Positions 22,762 to 38,218 of a DNA stretch of 64,000 bases are shown one piece after another. The translations under genes were made by a program, and so were the position numbers. Location of the stretch: assembly GCA_012295275.1 (NCBI GenBank), contig CM022670.1, positions 7,254,001-7,318,000 on the forward strand. Reading direction: 5' to 3'. The notes under the pieces were generated by a model that ran no database searches, had not been told where the DNA came from, and saw only the letters and a program-made list of their open reading frames with translations. This DNA comes from Chrysomallon squamiferum. Lineage: Eukaryota; Animalia; Mollusca. Every line of letters starts with the position of its first letter. The first letter of the stretch is position 1.

Positions 22762-25700
22762 ATTCTTTTTCAAAATATTTTGATGAGTGAATGTTACAAA
22801 AATACTATTTTTTTAAAGAGTATTCACATTCTTGTGTGTGTGTATATCATCATGTTTGTATGTGAAATATGGGTTCTATTTTATTGTTGTTGTTTTTTTT
22901 TAATTTAAAGTTCATTGGTCCAACACTTTCAGTATAGATGAGACAGTTTTTGGTTTATTTTGTTTTCTTCTATAATTTAAATAATTATTTTAATGTGTGA
23001 ATTGATTATTATTTCAACCCTCCACCTCATTAAATTGTCATTAAAATGGCTAAAAAATTCAATGATCAAACTAGTCTTAGTAAAACAGTATTTAATACAT
23101 TTTACATGTCATTCATGTATGTTCGGACATACAGACATAATAATGACGTTTGACTCATAATGACTGTTAATATTAAAATTATTTATGGATGTCAAATGAT
23201 AAATTGTTGGGTTTTTTAAACACCTTTTTTTTCTGGGTTTTTTTTTGTGTATTTTGTGGGGTTTTTTAAAGAACAGTGAAATTTAGAATTACCAATGTTC
23301 AAATTTTAAATTTTTTCTAAATGTAATTTATTATATTTATTATTATAATTTTTTCAGTACATCCATAAATTTTTTTTTTTTTTTTTCTAATCATCAGAGT
23401 ATTATTTTGTTTTTCTTTTTTTACATTAATTAATATTTAAATAAGTTATGCTTTCAAACTGGTATGGGTTCATTAAAACACATTCTCTTTGCTTCATTTC
23501 AGTGCAAAATACATTTCTACCAAAAAGGTGCTAAATTAAAATAATTAAAATCTTACAGCATAATAAAAATGACTGATTTTTTTTTAAAAACAGCTAATTA
23601 AATTTACTTCATTCTTGACATTTAAAAAAAGAAGAATGACAATACATAAATACTGAAACGATAATGTAATATTAATATCAATCTATAATAAAATTAATAT
23701 ATCCTCACCTATAGCAATTTAAAACTTTGCAATACAGTGTGTAAGTATTATATACGAATTATCTTATACTACTGCATCATGACCTATTATGTTTCGTTCT
23801 TTCATATATATACAAATATTTTTCCTTTATAATTAATTGTTTACATCACCCCTGTGTGTTGATAAAACATTTGTCATAATATATTTTTACTGTTTTCTTT
23901 TCCATTTTGACGTGTATTGTTGTTTCAGTCTGCTTTATCAAGTTGTGCTTAGTCATGTTTTTTTCTTGGTTTTTTAATTTTTTTTTGTTTTTGTTTATCT
24001 CAACACTGCCATAATAAGGTATGTGTGTCAGTATACTCATAATACCTCAGTACTCTGGTTCAAGTCCCCTTTAGTCTCCCCGGTATGATGGTGATCTTCC
24101 ATGTAACAGTGTACATTGTTGCTTTTTTATGAATGAATGTGTGTGTGTGCGTGCGTGTGTGTGCATGTCTGCATTTTTGTGTGAGTTCACAAGCATTTGT
24201 ATATGCAAATGTATGTGTGTCTCTGTGTGCATGTGTGTGTATGTGTGTGTTATACATTCTGTACTATGTATATGAATTTTGGAGAATGTATGTTTGCATC
24301 TTTATATAAATATTATATCTTAATGCAATTATTTTGTATTACTTATACAGGTAGTGAAATTAATTTACCTGTACGGGTAATTGTGATTTCAAAACAAAAG
24401 ATAATAATTACGTTGTGTTTATTGTTGCAGTTTACTTTTTTCATTTCACCACAGTTTTGCTTTGTCTTTCTGACTCACTTGTTTAATATTTTCTTACATC
24501 AAATACACTGTTTAGACTTCTTTAATGAATTGCTTCTGTAAAATATTGATTTTTAGGGGTTTTTTTAAAAGCCATTTTATAAAAGTAATAAATGTTTGAG
24601 AAAAATGATGTATATGTCTGTGTGCAGCAATATTATTATGTTTGATAGACAATCATAGCTTATCTTGAATTAAAAACAGACGGGTATGTAGACATCATTA
24701 TTTTTAATTTTCTTTATTTTTTATAAAAAAACATTAAATTAACAAAGTACAAACTTTAATATGGATTTGAAATAGTAACCATCATAATCATTTCTTTTTG
24801 TAACTAGATTTTTTTTTTTAAGTATTTGTCTGATATTTCATTTCTGATTATTTATTTGTCTATTTATTTATTTATTTATTTATTTATTCTGGTTTTGGGG
24901 TTTTTTTTTTTTTTTAAAATATAAATTAAAAGATTAATTTCCATCTGTGAACAGAAATTGAAAGAATTTATACTTCATGTTTCAAATTTCTTAATTTCTG
25001 AATATTTTTTATTATTATTATTTTTTAATGCTTGTTCACATGTAACAATAAATATAATACATGTTTTTGTTGGCAGAAGTTATGGTCTTATAATCTAGTT
25101 AATTATGAGTCGGAACAGATCTTCAAACTAGCTTTTGAAAATTAAGTATTTTGAACCAGGTTAGTAAAATGACTTGTAAATAATTGTTTATCAAAAGTTG
25201 TACCAGTCTTTTTAAATGTAAACAAGACTATCTGGTTATTAAATAAATAAATGGAATAAATAATATAAATAAATAAATAAAATAAATATATTAAATGAAT
25301 GAATGAATGAATAAATAAAGTAAAACAAAAAATATAAATAAATATTATTAAATCAAGTAATAAATAAATATATTAAATAAGTAAATAAAGTAGGTTGCCA
25401 AAGCCTGCACCAATATAGTATCTGATTCTGAAAAATATTTTTTCTTGATAAAACAGTTTTATTGTTTACTTCTGCATAAGTAGGTAGTTTAGAGAAACCT
25501 GTATTTTATTTATTTAAACATGTAACAAAGCATAAGACTAAAGCATGCTTTATAATGTAACTTTTTAACAGAATATGCAAACACAAAATTTCACTGTATA
25601 TTGATAGTGGAACAGTTATAAATACTGAGTTTGCAATTTTTGGTTTTATTTGATACAATTTTGATATTCAGATTGCAAGAATGCCATTATCTGAAAGAAT

Positions 25701-25943
25701 GAATGGGATGTTAGCATTGTACTGACCACATTTCATAATTTCATTTTCTTCTTCATTTTTGTCTGACAGGGAGTAATTTTATACAGATGTTTAAACACTG
25801 GGGTAACCACATTTCAGAATGCAGTCATTGATGAATGTGTAATTTGCTCAAAATAATGTGTGTTTCAGTTCTTTATTGTTTTATTATTCCTTATTTTGCT
25901 TTTTTTTAAATTTAATTATTTATTTATTTAGATTTATTTATTA

Positions 25944-26003
<60 letters not shown>

Positions 26004-27084
26004 TTTATATGTTTATTTATTTATTGTCTTGTGTCTAATTTTATATGAAAGTTGTATCTGAATTTTGTTTTCAAACTTCTGAATCTAGAAAGGAAGGATA
26101 ATTGAATTGAAGTAAAATTTTAACTGTGCTTGAAAAATTGTAAATCCAAAAATCCAAATTGAAATGTGCATTATTATTTATTACTGTAAGTAAAACTTTA
26201 AAATAAATAAACAAATGAAATTCACAGTTGGCATTTGAAAAAAAAAAGATTAAAGCATGCCTATCAGGGTACATTTGACAATAAATCAATTTTTTCATTG
26301 TAGACAGTATGCTATGGAACATAATATTAACGGTGGTACCATATTCTGACAGAGTTATCATGATTCTATAAAAACGAAAAATGATTTAGTAAAACACTCC
26401 ACTCGTGTTAGCACTTTCCTTACACCAAGTGTAGAAAGTTAAAGCACGCCTGTTGTGGGACCCAGTGTAGATAAGCTGTTTAATTTGGCAAGTGTAAATA
26501 TGTATATTGAGGCAGTTCCTCGCTAGATGTGTTTTCTGTTTACACAATGTTCAGAATACTTCAGTTAAATTATTATTAATGTTTACTGATAATTTTAAAA
26601 AGTAAACTGAAAAGAATTAAGTTTTGTTGTGCAATAAGTTGTGTATATTATAGTTCCTGTTAATATTATAATTATATTATTATTATTTTTTTTTTTTTTA
26701 CCGAGTTCTTTTCTCTTCTAAATATATACATTTGTAGAAGAAAACAGCATAATATTTTACGTTTTACTTTATTTATTTATTTTAATTTTTTATTTATTAT
26801 TTTCCTTGTGACTGCTGTATTATTTGATAGAAATGAGTAGCTGATCGGACGGCAATAATTAAATGACCGAGTTATTGTTGAAACAAATTTCAAACTATAA
26901 TAATCTTTACTCTCTATATAATAATTTAGGGCAATAATAATAATTAAAAAAAAAAAAACAATTAATAATAATAATAAATTGACAAGTTAATTAAACTGTA
27001 TTACCAGCAGCACAACGATTTTAATAAACGAAACATTAAAATGCAACGACCTCATTCATTTCCTTTGTAATTTTCTTCACGTAA

Positions 27085-27113
27085 TTCGCGAAAATTCAAC
27101 ATGGCTGCCGGAA
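27085..27113 (+). promoter_or_regulatory. Cluster of promoter-type motifs (E2F-like, YY1/Pho-like, ETS-like)
   Basis: TTCGCGAAAA (27085-27094), CAACATGGCTGCC (27097-27109) and an overlapping CCGGAA. Confidence 0.35.
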
Positions 27114-27149
27114 TACGTCTGTCTTGCTTTCTTTTAATGCAGGAACCTT

Positions 27150-27188
<39 letters not shown>

Positions 27189-27558
27189 ATTTTTAGATTG
27201 CTAAATGTTGTTGTTCCATGTTTTATTCCATCCAGATATAATTAACTGTCTAATGAAAATGCATCAGTAAATATGCAAAATATTTAGATTTAAAACAAAA
27301 TAATGAATGTACATAATAAAGGAAGAAGCAGCTGTGCAAACGAACAGTTGTAATCATATGGCTTGAAGATTAAAGGATTTTAAAAATTTCAAGATGGTTC
27401 ATATTTTTCTTCTGTACGTACGTATGTATGTGAAAGATTGTGTCATGCTGATGTCCACTGTTAAAATTACTTCATGTTAATTTTGTAAACATTTTAGAGA
27501 GATTTTCGTTTGATATTTGGAAATAAAATCTTAACGTTTGAGTTATTGTTATTATTTA

Positions 27559-27597
<39 letters not shown>

Positions 27598-29164
27598 GTA
27601 CACCGTGAACCCGCACGGATTCAGTTTCACACAAAACGAGGCAGGGAGCATCTTAACTGGTAAATGACACAAATTTTAACGACAACGAGTATGCATTTTT
27701 AAAATATTACAAGACAAAAAATGTAAACCGTTGCATTTTTTCTGCGTTAAATATTCACGGCACACACGTATTTAACACAACCACCTTCTGAGCAAACTTT
27801 AATGAAATATGTAGATGAGGGCTGCATGCATCGCGGCGTCTTTATTAACTAATATATTACAGATACATGGCTGCTTTCATGACTTTCTTGATAACATATC
27901 ACACAGTATTTTTAAATGAAGAAAGACCGGTTTCCTTCACAATGGTGAATTATATTACAGGATGAACAAAAATGTCAAGAGCGGGGGTAATGTTGTTGAA
28001 ACAGTCGGCCATAAAGGATATGTACGGTAATGTGTCCTACTTCGTTCTGAAATATAATAATTGAGTCAAAAAAAAAAAAAAGAAGAAAAAAGCCAAGCTC
28101 ACTGTACATTAAGTGCAAAATTTACCTGTAAGGTACGCAAGGGAACAGGTTTTTAAAACGCTTAAATGTTGTAATGTATAATCAATCAACCGTCTGCAAG
28201 TAGCCTTTGATTCAGCTTCGATGGTAAAGGTAAGCGTGTTTATTAATTTATTTATTTATTTTTTTTTTTTTTGTTCAAGTATTCATAACATTTAACTGCC
28301 TTTTGGGTATAAAGCGTTTATCTTTGTAGATTAACTGATCTTTGCGATACGTTATTTTATGTTCCTGTGTCTAGATGCACACAAACCTTATTTAAACAAA
28401 ATTTATTAATATCTGGAGACCTCTAGATGTTTGTGCTCATCCTTGTCAAACAAGAATCTCGAGTTATATTTACATTTATGGCTCTTAAAATAACTCAGGC
28501 TATAAAGCTGTCTTAAAACGCTTGGAAAGCAACCGCAAAGATTTTGATTATTTTAAACATTAGAGTTGGTTTCAGTTGATTCATTTGCTCCTCCAAATCT
28601 TGCAGAAACGAGGAATCCTAATTCTTTCTTATTTCAATGCAAGATATTGTATGTGATTTTTTTTTTTTTTTTTTTTTTTTTGCATTAAGGCCTTACTTAT
28701 GAAAAGAAATGCGTCTCCAGGTTTTTACTTCAGTGAAAGTAAGATAAGGATAGCTTTAAATGAACAATTTCTTTTCGTTGTTATTACATTAAATTTTTGT
28801 TTTACGCTGACCCCGTCTGAGAGAAAACAGCAGAGGCTGGCTGCAGTTAGTGTTTATAGCGCCTGTTTAGAAGCAAGCTATTCACGATCAACCCGTCACG
28901 CTCCAACAGTTTGTTTTTTAAAAAGGATATTTCCAATAGTGCAGCTACACCTGTAATCCCTTCACTACATATCGGAGGGTATATATGAAAACAGACTTTA
29001 GTAATAACTGATAACATAAAATAATCATTAAAATGTGACACTGAAAACATTTTCACGTTTATCAATAATTACCATATACACCATATCAAATAATTTTGTC
29101 TGCACAACCGATGAAATTTTTTTTTTTTTTAAATATTAAAACAGTTTTAAGTTAAAAATAGATG

Positions 29165-29405
29165 AGAGAAATAAATATTACATTTAGCGATGCAGGCAAC
29201 ACATTTTTATGTACCATTACAGATATGTCAGCTATTAAAAGATGAAATATGTTACTATCATGCACAGTTAGCATAAAAATATACCTTACAAACACCTTCC
29301 CAAAGATGGGAAAGCAGTACAGCATGGCCTCCAATAAAACAGTTATGGGGCAATAACTGGAATGGGAAATATCTCAAACTAAAAACCGAGAGGACCGATC
29401 CTGCA
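29165..29405 (-). mobile_element. Degenerate SINE (tRNA-head type)
   Basis: Minus strand reads AGGATCGGTCC (B-box-like)...ATTTCCCATTCCAG...AATGTGTTGCCTGCATCGCTAAAT tail. Similar to 17270-17420 and, from recollection only, to gastropod SINE consensus sequences. Confidence 0.5.
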
Positions 29406-30480
29406 ATTAAACTAGAAACTTAAGGGTTTTGACCTATATTAGCAAAAACATACAACTCGAGATTTTCTGCTTAGCGTAAATTTACACATTTTATGTGAGT
29501 GTTGGTTCAGATGCGTGTAAGCAATCTAAAAATGAGTTGCGATTGACCCGTGGCACACTGGCTAACTGTGTCGGGTCTTATAAATTATTCCTCAGGCGAT
29601 AACGTTTGTCATTTTTGTTATTCATGTACACACTGAAACAAACCGATTCTTGTCATACGAAAGTGACACGAAGAATAATAAATCAGGCCGAACTATCAGT
29701 TACTTTCGTGTTAAATATCGGAAGACAATAATTATCATTATTATGTGACTTTTAATTGCTATTTTCAAAACAACCGAAAGACAACTGGTATATAATTTAA
29801 AGTTTGACCTGTCTTTCTTTCTTTCTTTCTTTTTTATTTATTTATTTATTTAGGAAATAAATGTGTATGGTAGTAATGAAATTTTTCAATCCGATCTGTA
29901 GAGTAACTGAAATTTGTGCTTTGTGGTGTGAGCGAAACTATTTAATTTAGTCTGTAGGGTTACTTACTGAAGATATTTAGTTTATAGTGTAACTGAAATT
30001 GTTAAATCATTCGCCAGTTATTCTGAAATCCTCTAATATATTCTGCAGTGTTACTAAAATTAATTTAACAATTTCATGTAACCTCACTAAAATACTAGAA
30101 AAAACCTGTATCTTCCTATTATCACCATAACATCTTCTATCTGTTTCATGACAACACATACCAGCACTTTTAAAATACCTAGCACAGAAATGGTTAATAT
30201 AGATGATTAAGAACACAAAGCCAGTGCATTGTGTATTTACGTGGCTATTCAGAACGTTGTAGTATTCAGCACGCCGGTGACAACGTCACGGTTTAACGAT
30301 CATCACTTACTATGAGCATCACTTTATATTCGTCATCACTACGTGACTTGTATCATAAGTTTATAAACTGATTATATAACAGATCTTTGTTTCCATTTAC
30401 ACTATATATTACGAGATGGGTTTGTAGTTTATACTTTTCTACAGCATATTGTACTGTTAAAACACTGTATCCCTCCACCC

Positions 30481-30552
<72 letters not shown>

Positions 30553-31024
30553 GACCTCCCACCCCCCCAAAAAAAACCCCCAAAACAAATCATAGTAAGC
30601 AAACAATGCAGCTATTTTAAAAGTCGTTAAAATTGTTGCACTACTCTGAATGTGAGGATTTTGTCAGTAATTAACATTAAATCCCATTTAACAACTTGGT
30701 TTTAATTTCACAGACTCACACCAGCAACAAATGTCATCTCGGGCTTCCTGAATAATAAATAAAATGCACAGAATGTTTGTAGCAAATAAAAAAAAAAGAA
30801 AAAAAAAAATAAAAAAAAAAAAAAAAAGAAGAAGAAATATTTGTTGCTCAGATTGGTCACCATTAAAATACGTTTTATTTTGTCCGTAGCGAATTAAAAT
30901 ATATAAAAAGCCTTCTTTTTCAAGTCTAATTCTAAATTATCGAATTCTTGAGATAACAAAAAACTAACCTAAGCGTTTAATTTCAAAATTAATATTTTTT
31001 GCTATATTAATATTGATAATAATA

Positions 31025-31066
<42 letters not shown>

Positions 31067-31091
31067 GTAATAATAAAAAATAAGTAAATAA

Positions 31092-31199
<108 letters not shown>

Positions 31200-31269
31200 A
31201 ATAATAATATTAATTTTCAATTGTTTTACAGTTTTGATTTCTTTTATTACAATTATTCTTTAATAAAAC

Positions 31270-31630
31270 GCATTGTTATATATCTCAGAGATGTTGTATA
31301 CAAATATAACATTTCTTAACTCAAACACGTTACATTAGAAAACAAACAATGAGTCAACGACAAAACGCCTTGTTTCATAACTCAGATATCTTGTATTACA
31401 AATAAAACTCCTTGTGCTTAGTGGGTAAAAAAAACAGTTCATTGTTATAGCACTTAAATATGTTTGATTACATATCAAAATCTTTGTGTTTAGTAGGTAA
31501 AAAAAATCATTGTTATAGAAGAAATAAGTTGTATTACAAATCAAAAATCTTTGCTTTTAGTAAGTAAAAAAATGCATTGTTTTATAACTCAAATGTGTTG
31601 TTTTACAAATCAAAATCTTCGCTTTTAGTA

Positions 31631-31661
<31 letters not shown>

Positions 31662-31750
31662 TGCATTGTTTTATAACCCAAATGCATTGTATTACATATC
31701 AAAATCTTTGTTTACTCAGTAACAAAATGCATTGTTTCGTAATTCAGACT
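31270..31750. repeat. Degenerate ~65-70-bp tandem repeat (6-7 units)
   Basis: Recurring ATGCATTGTTTTATAACTCAAATGTGTTGTATTACAAATCAAAATCTTTGCTTTTAGTA-like unit. Confidence 0.75.
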
Positions 31751-32238
31751 TGTGGTGTTGAAATTACTACTAAGCCACGCTGTCAGTGTTTTGTAACCCA
31801 GAAACGTCACAGTCACTGGTTTGTTATTAAAGATATTATTTTCTTTGTCCTAGCAAACGTCAGTCTCTAGATCTAACAGCAGGGGAACTGTCATTGCCTC
31901 TTTTATCACCTGAAATATCTTCCATAATAATCTCGTCAAAAGATATTTGATGTAGACGTTAATTTAGGAAAAAAAATCTTACAGGTGCTGTTATTGACAT
32001 ATGACCTCGATTTTTTTTTATTTTTTAAATTATTTTTTTATTTATTGTTATTATTATTATTATCTTATAAAGAATGATCGTATGAGTGTTGTGACTATCC
32101 TGTTACCAGCCAGTTATGCGTGGATTTTATTATGGCAACTACATCTCTTTAAAAATACACGAAACAAGAGAGTAAGTCATGCTAAACGTTGTATAATGAG
32201 GATTATAGCTTGGAAGAGATAGGTCTAAATTTACATGT

Positions 32239-32275
<37 letters not shown>

Positions 32276-32397
32276 AAACAACAAAAAAAAAAAAAAAAAA
32301 GGAGGAAGAAAATTTCAGTAATTTTTTTTATAGAATTAATATTTCAACACGTTTTAATGTTTAAAAATATATATATAAAGATTTATTATTACATTTA

Positions 32398-32665
32398 TAC
32401 ATACATATTACACATACATACATACATGCATATACATATACATACATATATTAATATATAAAAACATACATACATATCCATATATACATACATACATATA
32501 TACATACATACATACACACACATACATACATACATATCCATATATACATACATACATATATACATACATACATACATACACATACATACATACATACACA
32601 TACACACACACACACACATACATACATACATACAGACATACAGACGGACAGACAGACAGACAGAC
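32398..32665. repeat. (TACA)n/(CA)n/(GACA)n compound microsatellite
   Basis: Direct reading. Confidence 0.9.
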
Positions 32666-33435
32666 ACCCACTCACATATAATTTTATGAACATCCTCTCA
32701 CACCCAAACGTCCACCTACACCTAATTTTCCAAGTAAAATATTTTTGATATACATGTTTACAAAGTTTTACACTACTTCTAATATCTTCTTGACCACAGA
32801 ATGTTAAATCCAATCATCTGAGATATGTACGTCAAATATATCACCTAGGTCTGACACAAACCCTTTATATTTATGTGGGTCGTTTTAACGGTGTTGTCGT
32901 AGGTATGGAAGACGTCAAACTTGATCTAGTGGTGTCATCGACAACAGTTAAGTTATCTAAGTAATACGCTGATGTGTTTGTACAGTGAGGTGTGTTTTAT
33001 TAAAACCTTTCTGTCCTGGATTCTGTTTACAGAGACATTCATGAATATATTGCAGTATGTAAATTCGAAAAATAGGTATAACAGTATGTGTTGTTGCATA
33101 TACGAAGTAAATTTGCATTGTGTGTATACCGATTTGTGAATATGTATATACGTATGTATGTATGTATGTATGTATGTATCGTGTGTACATGTATGTTTGT
33201 TACGTAAGTATGTACATTATGTATGTGTGTGTATTTTTTTTGTACTTCCAAATGTATTTATCATGTATATGTGTATGTTTATGATGTTTATATGTAGGTT
33301 ATGTATATGTGTGTGTATTTCTGTACGTCCAGCTGTATATATCGTACGTATGTGTATGTTTATTATGTATATATGTAGATTATGTATATGTATGTATCTT
33401 TGTAAATTTATACGGTGTTAATCTTTGACACCTGT

Positions 33436-33446
33436 CTCTCTCTCTC

Positions 33447-33536
<90 letters not shown>
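33436..33536. repeat. (TC)n microsatellite
   Basis: Direct reading. Similar (TC)n/(GA)n tracts at 15212-15265, 30482-30548, 35231-35357, 37142-37218, 39263-39322 and 55338-55404. Confidence 0.95.
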
Positions 33537-33539
<3 letters not shown>

Positions 33540-34374
33540 TCATACTGAAACACACATAACCCATAACTGACCCCGCCCTTAACGACAGTCAATTAAACAG
33601 CACATCGCTGTACAAACATGTCCCATTATTCTTTCTTACCATAGAGAAACAACATGGCCAGACTCTAACACAGATAAACACGGTGAATGAAAACATCAAG
33701 AACAACAGACTTGCACACGCTTCACTGGGCCCGAACTGTTCAACCTAAGTATGTAAGAACGATTACCAAAGACGTAGAAATTCATCGTAAGCTATTTCAC
33801 TAGTAAATTATTTATGCAGTGAAAGCGACGTCAGCGTAAATATTATTAAGGTAGAAAAATTGGCCGGTTGATACGGCTAATATCGTTTGTTACGTCATTA
33901 ATGCTGAACGAAGTGGAAAAAAAAAAAAAAAATAACATTAATTATTTACCATGGTCAGAAGACATGCGGCCGATTTGGCCTTACTGCCTTGATCACAGAC
34001 TGGCCAAGACAAGGTTATAGTGATGTTTATAAACGATAGTCGCGTTCTTATTGTCACTTTGAGGATATAGCAAGATTTGCATCAGATAATCATTGTGCTG
34101 AAATCGCTGGGTGTATTTGTATATAATAAAAGAGATGACTAACATAATCTTACAGTGAACAAATTCTTACACTTTCTGTTTGTCTACGGATATAATTTTA
34201 ATATTCTTACAACCAGCGTGTAGGTGTATCTCTCTGTGAGGCTTTGTGGGAAAATTAACGGCTTTACGAGCCAGCCTGGCAGCGGCTTGGTATGTGTTGC
34301 GGTGTTTTTAACGGACGCGAGAAGCCAGTTATCAGTGATATACTGTAGTAACCGTGACACAGTTTACTGTCTTC

Positions 34375-34464
34375 AGTGACGTGTCTGTGGATTCACTGCT
34401 AGCGGATTATTTACCTCGTTTATCATTTTAACATACAGAGGAGTGTGTCTCACTGGAGATAGAG
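34375..34464 (+). other. Candidate non-coding 5' exon of the 41.6-57.2 kb gene
   Basis: Inr-like TCAGT at 34373-34377 in a CpG-rich patch and donor GAG|GTACGT at 34464/34465. Other candidate donors are at ~28230 (AAG|GTAAGC) and ~37816 (GAG|GTGATT). Acceptor ttttctttcag at 41381. Confidence 0.3.
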
Positions 34465-34834
34465 GTACGTACGTAACAGCTTTCTCAATAGTTTATTTTC
34501 TGTTTCTTCATTATCGCTTCCCCCATCTCTATCTGTCTGTCTGTCTGTCTCTAACACTCATTATTCTACACACACTCTCTCTCTCTCTCTCCTTTTCTTT
34601 CTTTTTTCTTTCTTCTGGCCTGTTTTCTGTCCATCTCGTTATCGCAGTTTAATTCATTTTTTACTGTTTGTCTGTCTGTCTATCTGTTTGTCTATCTATC
34701 TATCTGTCTATTTGTCTGTCTGTCTGTCTGTCTCTCTATCTAGCTATCAGTCTGTCCATCTATATATCTGTCTATTTATCTATAAAATCTGCCTCTCTGT
34801 CTATCTAGCTGTCTGACTGTATCTCTCTCTCTCG

Positions 34835-34866
<32 letters not shown>

Positions 34867-35247
34867 GTCATCTTTCTCTTTTTTCTCTCTCTCATTTTCT
34901 CAGATTATCTTTGTCTTATATTGTCTTTCTTTGACCATGATATATTCATAAGAAATCTACTGTGAGTGAACGTAGAAGTCACAGGTGGCATGTCAAGCAG
35001 ACATCGCTATTGTTCTTTAATCAACAATTCATCATAAATACATAAATAATAAATTAATGAACGAACAAACAATGGAAGGTTTAAGGTACGAACGACTGAA
35101 CAAGTACTGTAAGTTATCATTCGTGGTTATCTACCTGTTTCGGAATGTGAGCTAAAGTAAAATAGAAATGTTTGTTCAGTTAGTTAGAGGGATGGGCTAA
35201 GATGGTATCATATTTTGTTTACCACAGAATATTTACAATGTCCTCAG

Positions 35248-35361
<114 letters not shown>

Positions 35362-37137
35362 ACTCTTTGTCTATTACCAAAAAAAAAAAAAAAATATATA
35401 TATATATCTGAAAAAGAATTTATTTTTTTATGTTTCTGTGTACCATGTTGTTTTTGTTATTCTTATTGCCTGGGATATTTCGTGTAACAGCAGAATTTTA
35501 ACCTAGATAAAAATCTGATACGGTTGTGACAAACTACATAAGCGCATCCAGCTTTTTAGAAAAAGGTTGCCCCCTTATTATGCTTCGAGTACGTTGAAAT
35601 GGGTACAGTATGAATTGGATAGACACAGGCTGGGAAGACCCACTTCGACCCTTGCAGGATTCTCCTATAAGCAACAGTATCATGCTACATAGATACATCG
35701 CAGTTACAAGACTTTTAAAAGTTATATAATACAAGTAATAAAAAATAATACTTCGCCTAGCAGTAGATATTTGCTTATTTCTATTTTGTTTTTTTCTCCA
35801 TCATGTGGGTGTATAATCTTAAAGAAAACAAAATACATTTTGTACCGTTTAAAAACTCAGCGAACAATGAAAGAGGTATTTTTATTTACATATAAATGTG
35901 TAGATTCACGTCTTACACGCATCATAAATTTAACACAAAGTCAATCTACTAAAGTGCGTCTTTTTAAATAAATTCCACTCCGATAATTCTTTGGAGACGT
36001 AGTGCAACAAAATGTATATACTTTTTTTTTTTTTTTTTTAAATTATTCCTTATATAAATGATAAGTTTTTAATGTGCAGTTTCAGTTACATCATAGAGAT
36101 ATTAGCTTAATAAAGTTTCTAGTTAAAGGACACGACGCCATTTTGTACTAAAAGTTTATACTTTTGGCGCATAGTGTATAATGCTTGATTATTACAAAAA
36201 TATTTTTGTTTGTTTGTTGTTGTTTTGTTTTATTTAAATCTGAATTTAATTACTGTATATTGTTAAAGAAATTTCATTATGAATTTATTGTTTGCGTCCA
36301 GTATGTTATTGTTATTTTATTTTTTCGCATGTTTATTTTTATGTATACAAGACATGAGGATCATAAATAAATAAAATAAATAAATAAATAAATAAATAAA
36401 TGCTACATAACTATCTCAACCAAATAAAATCTTCACTAAAACACATATACACAACACAAAATCCCACACACACCACACACACATATTTAAAAAAAAGAAG
36501 TTAAAAACAAAATCATAATCTAAACCAGCAGTAGGCTGTTGGTAAAGTATATATATGTGTACATGGATCTTACTCTTTTCTTAATACAGCCACGATATCG
36601 ATCTGAAAATAATGTTGTGAGTGGTGATTGCCAAGATGTTCATAAATAAAACAACACAGTTAATCAGGTCTATTTTAGTAACTAAACACATTTCTCAGTT
36701 TCGTGTGTACAAAAAAAAAAGTAAATCAATCAACACATCTAATCGAACGTATTACATAAAAGTGTACTGTCTGCATAAATTCGTGAAAATTCGAACAAAA
36801 CTCGCTACTCAACACTTTGATCTTGTCTATTACTCAACACTTTGATCTTGTCTTTTTATATTATTATTATTATTATTATTTCTTTTATCAAAGAGATATA
36901 CATCCGTGGAGGACAGTTGTTTTATCATTGATTTAAATTAAAAATTATAATATTTATTCCGTTGTAATAAAATTTACTTTGATGAAAGGGACGGTAATTC
37001 GAAAACTCTTTCTATTAGCATATAAAAAAAAAAAAAAAATAAAATAATAAAATAAAATAAAATAAAATATGTAATAATAAAATATATTCAAAATACAGGT
37101 TTAATCAGACTGATCTTATAAGCAAGCAAGCTTTATG

Positions 37138-37220
<83 letters not shown>

Positions 37221-38218
37221 TTTGTCAGTCACTTTTTGATAACTTTGATGGAGGTAACAAGTACAAAAGTGAATAAATAATTGCACATTTGCTAAAACTC
37301 CGCTATTCACAGTAAACTGTTGTTATTTTAACGTCTTTCAGATGAGCTAATATGTTTGTATGTAAAAGGAAATATTAGGAAGCAGCAGAACGACAATAAC
37401 CTCTATTATATTTCAGAAGGAGGCTACGAGTAAGAAAACACTAATACAAAATAACAATAGAATAATACTAACAAAAAAGAAGAAGTAGGCGTCGACATCT
37501 AAACTCCAACTACAAGTGAGTGATTTGCCCCTGGGTGTCAGATGACAGTCTGTCAGCTACGATTGTGTAAAGATCATAATCTTTAACGTAAACATTGTCA
37601 CAGCGTCCGTACGTTTCTTTCGGGAGTCTCTGCAAACTCGAAACTCGGATGTATATTTAGATGCAGTCGATCATAACAGAACTATATCACACTCCAGCTA
37701 TCTGTTGTACCCGACCCAGACGTGAATCCTGGGTACTGAAACACGCGCCGGGAAGTTTGTTTGCTCTGTAAAAAGGATTGTTCGGCATTCTGGAGTGTCA
37801 TTTCTTTATTATGAGGTGATTATGCACTTTGTTTGCTTTTTTTTTTATTTTACGTTTTTAAAACTGTGACAAAAAGAAAAAGGTAGGTTATATTCATGTT
37901 ATTATGAAATAAACGTGTTATCATTAAATGAAAAATTAAGATGGGATGAACAATTAATATTATTAAAAGTCGACAGGGTGTTTTAAAATTTACGGTCATG
38001 TATTTTACTCCGACTGTATTGCAGTGACATTGTTTTAATCACAGAAAATGCAGGTTTAAACCAGAGAAAATACGTTAAATGTGACAGATGACATTAGAAA
38101 GCCTTGAGTAACAGATAATACGGACTACGTGTAAGAATGTTCATTGTCAGTGCATTCCATGTTTAATTTTATGTGAACACCGAATTCGTTTTTTCATAAG
38201 GTCATTTTTCAATAATTA

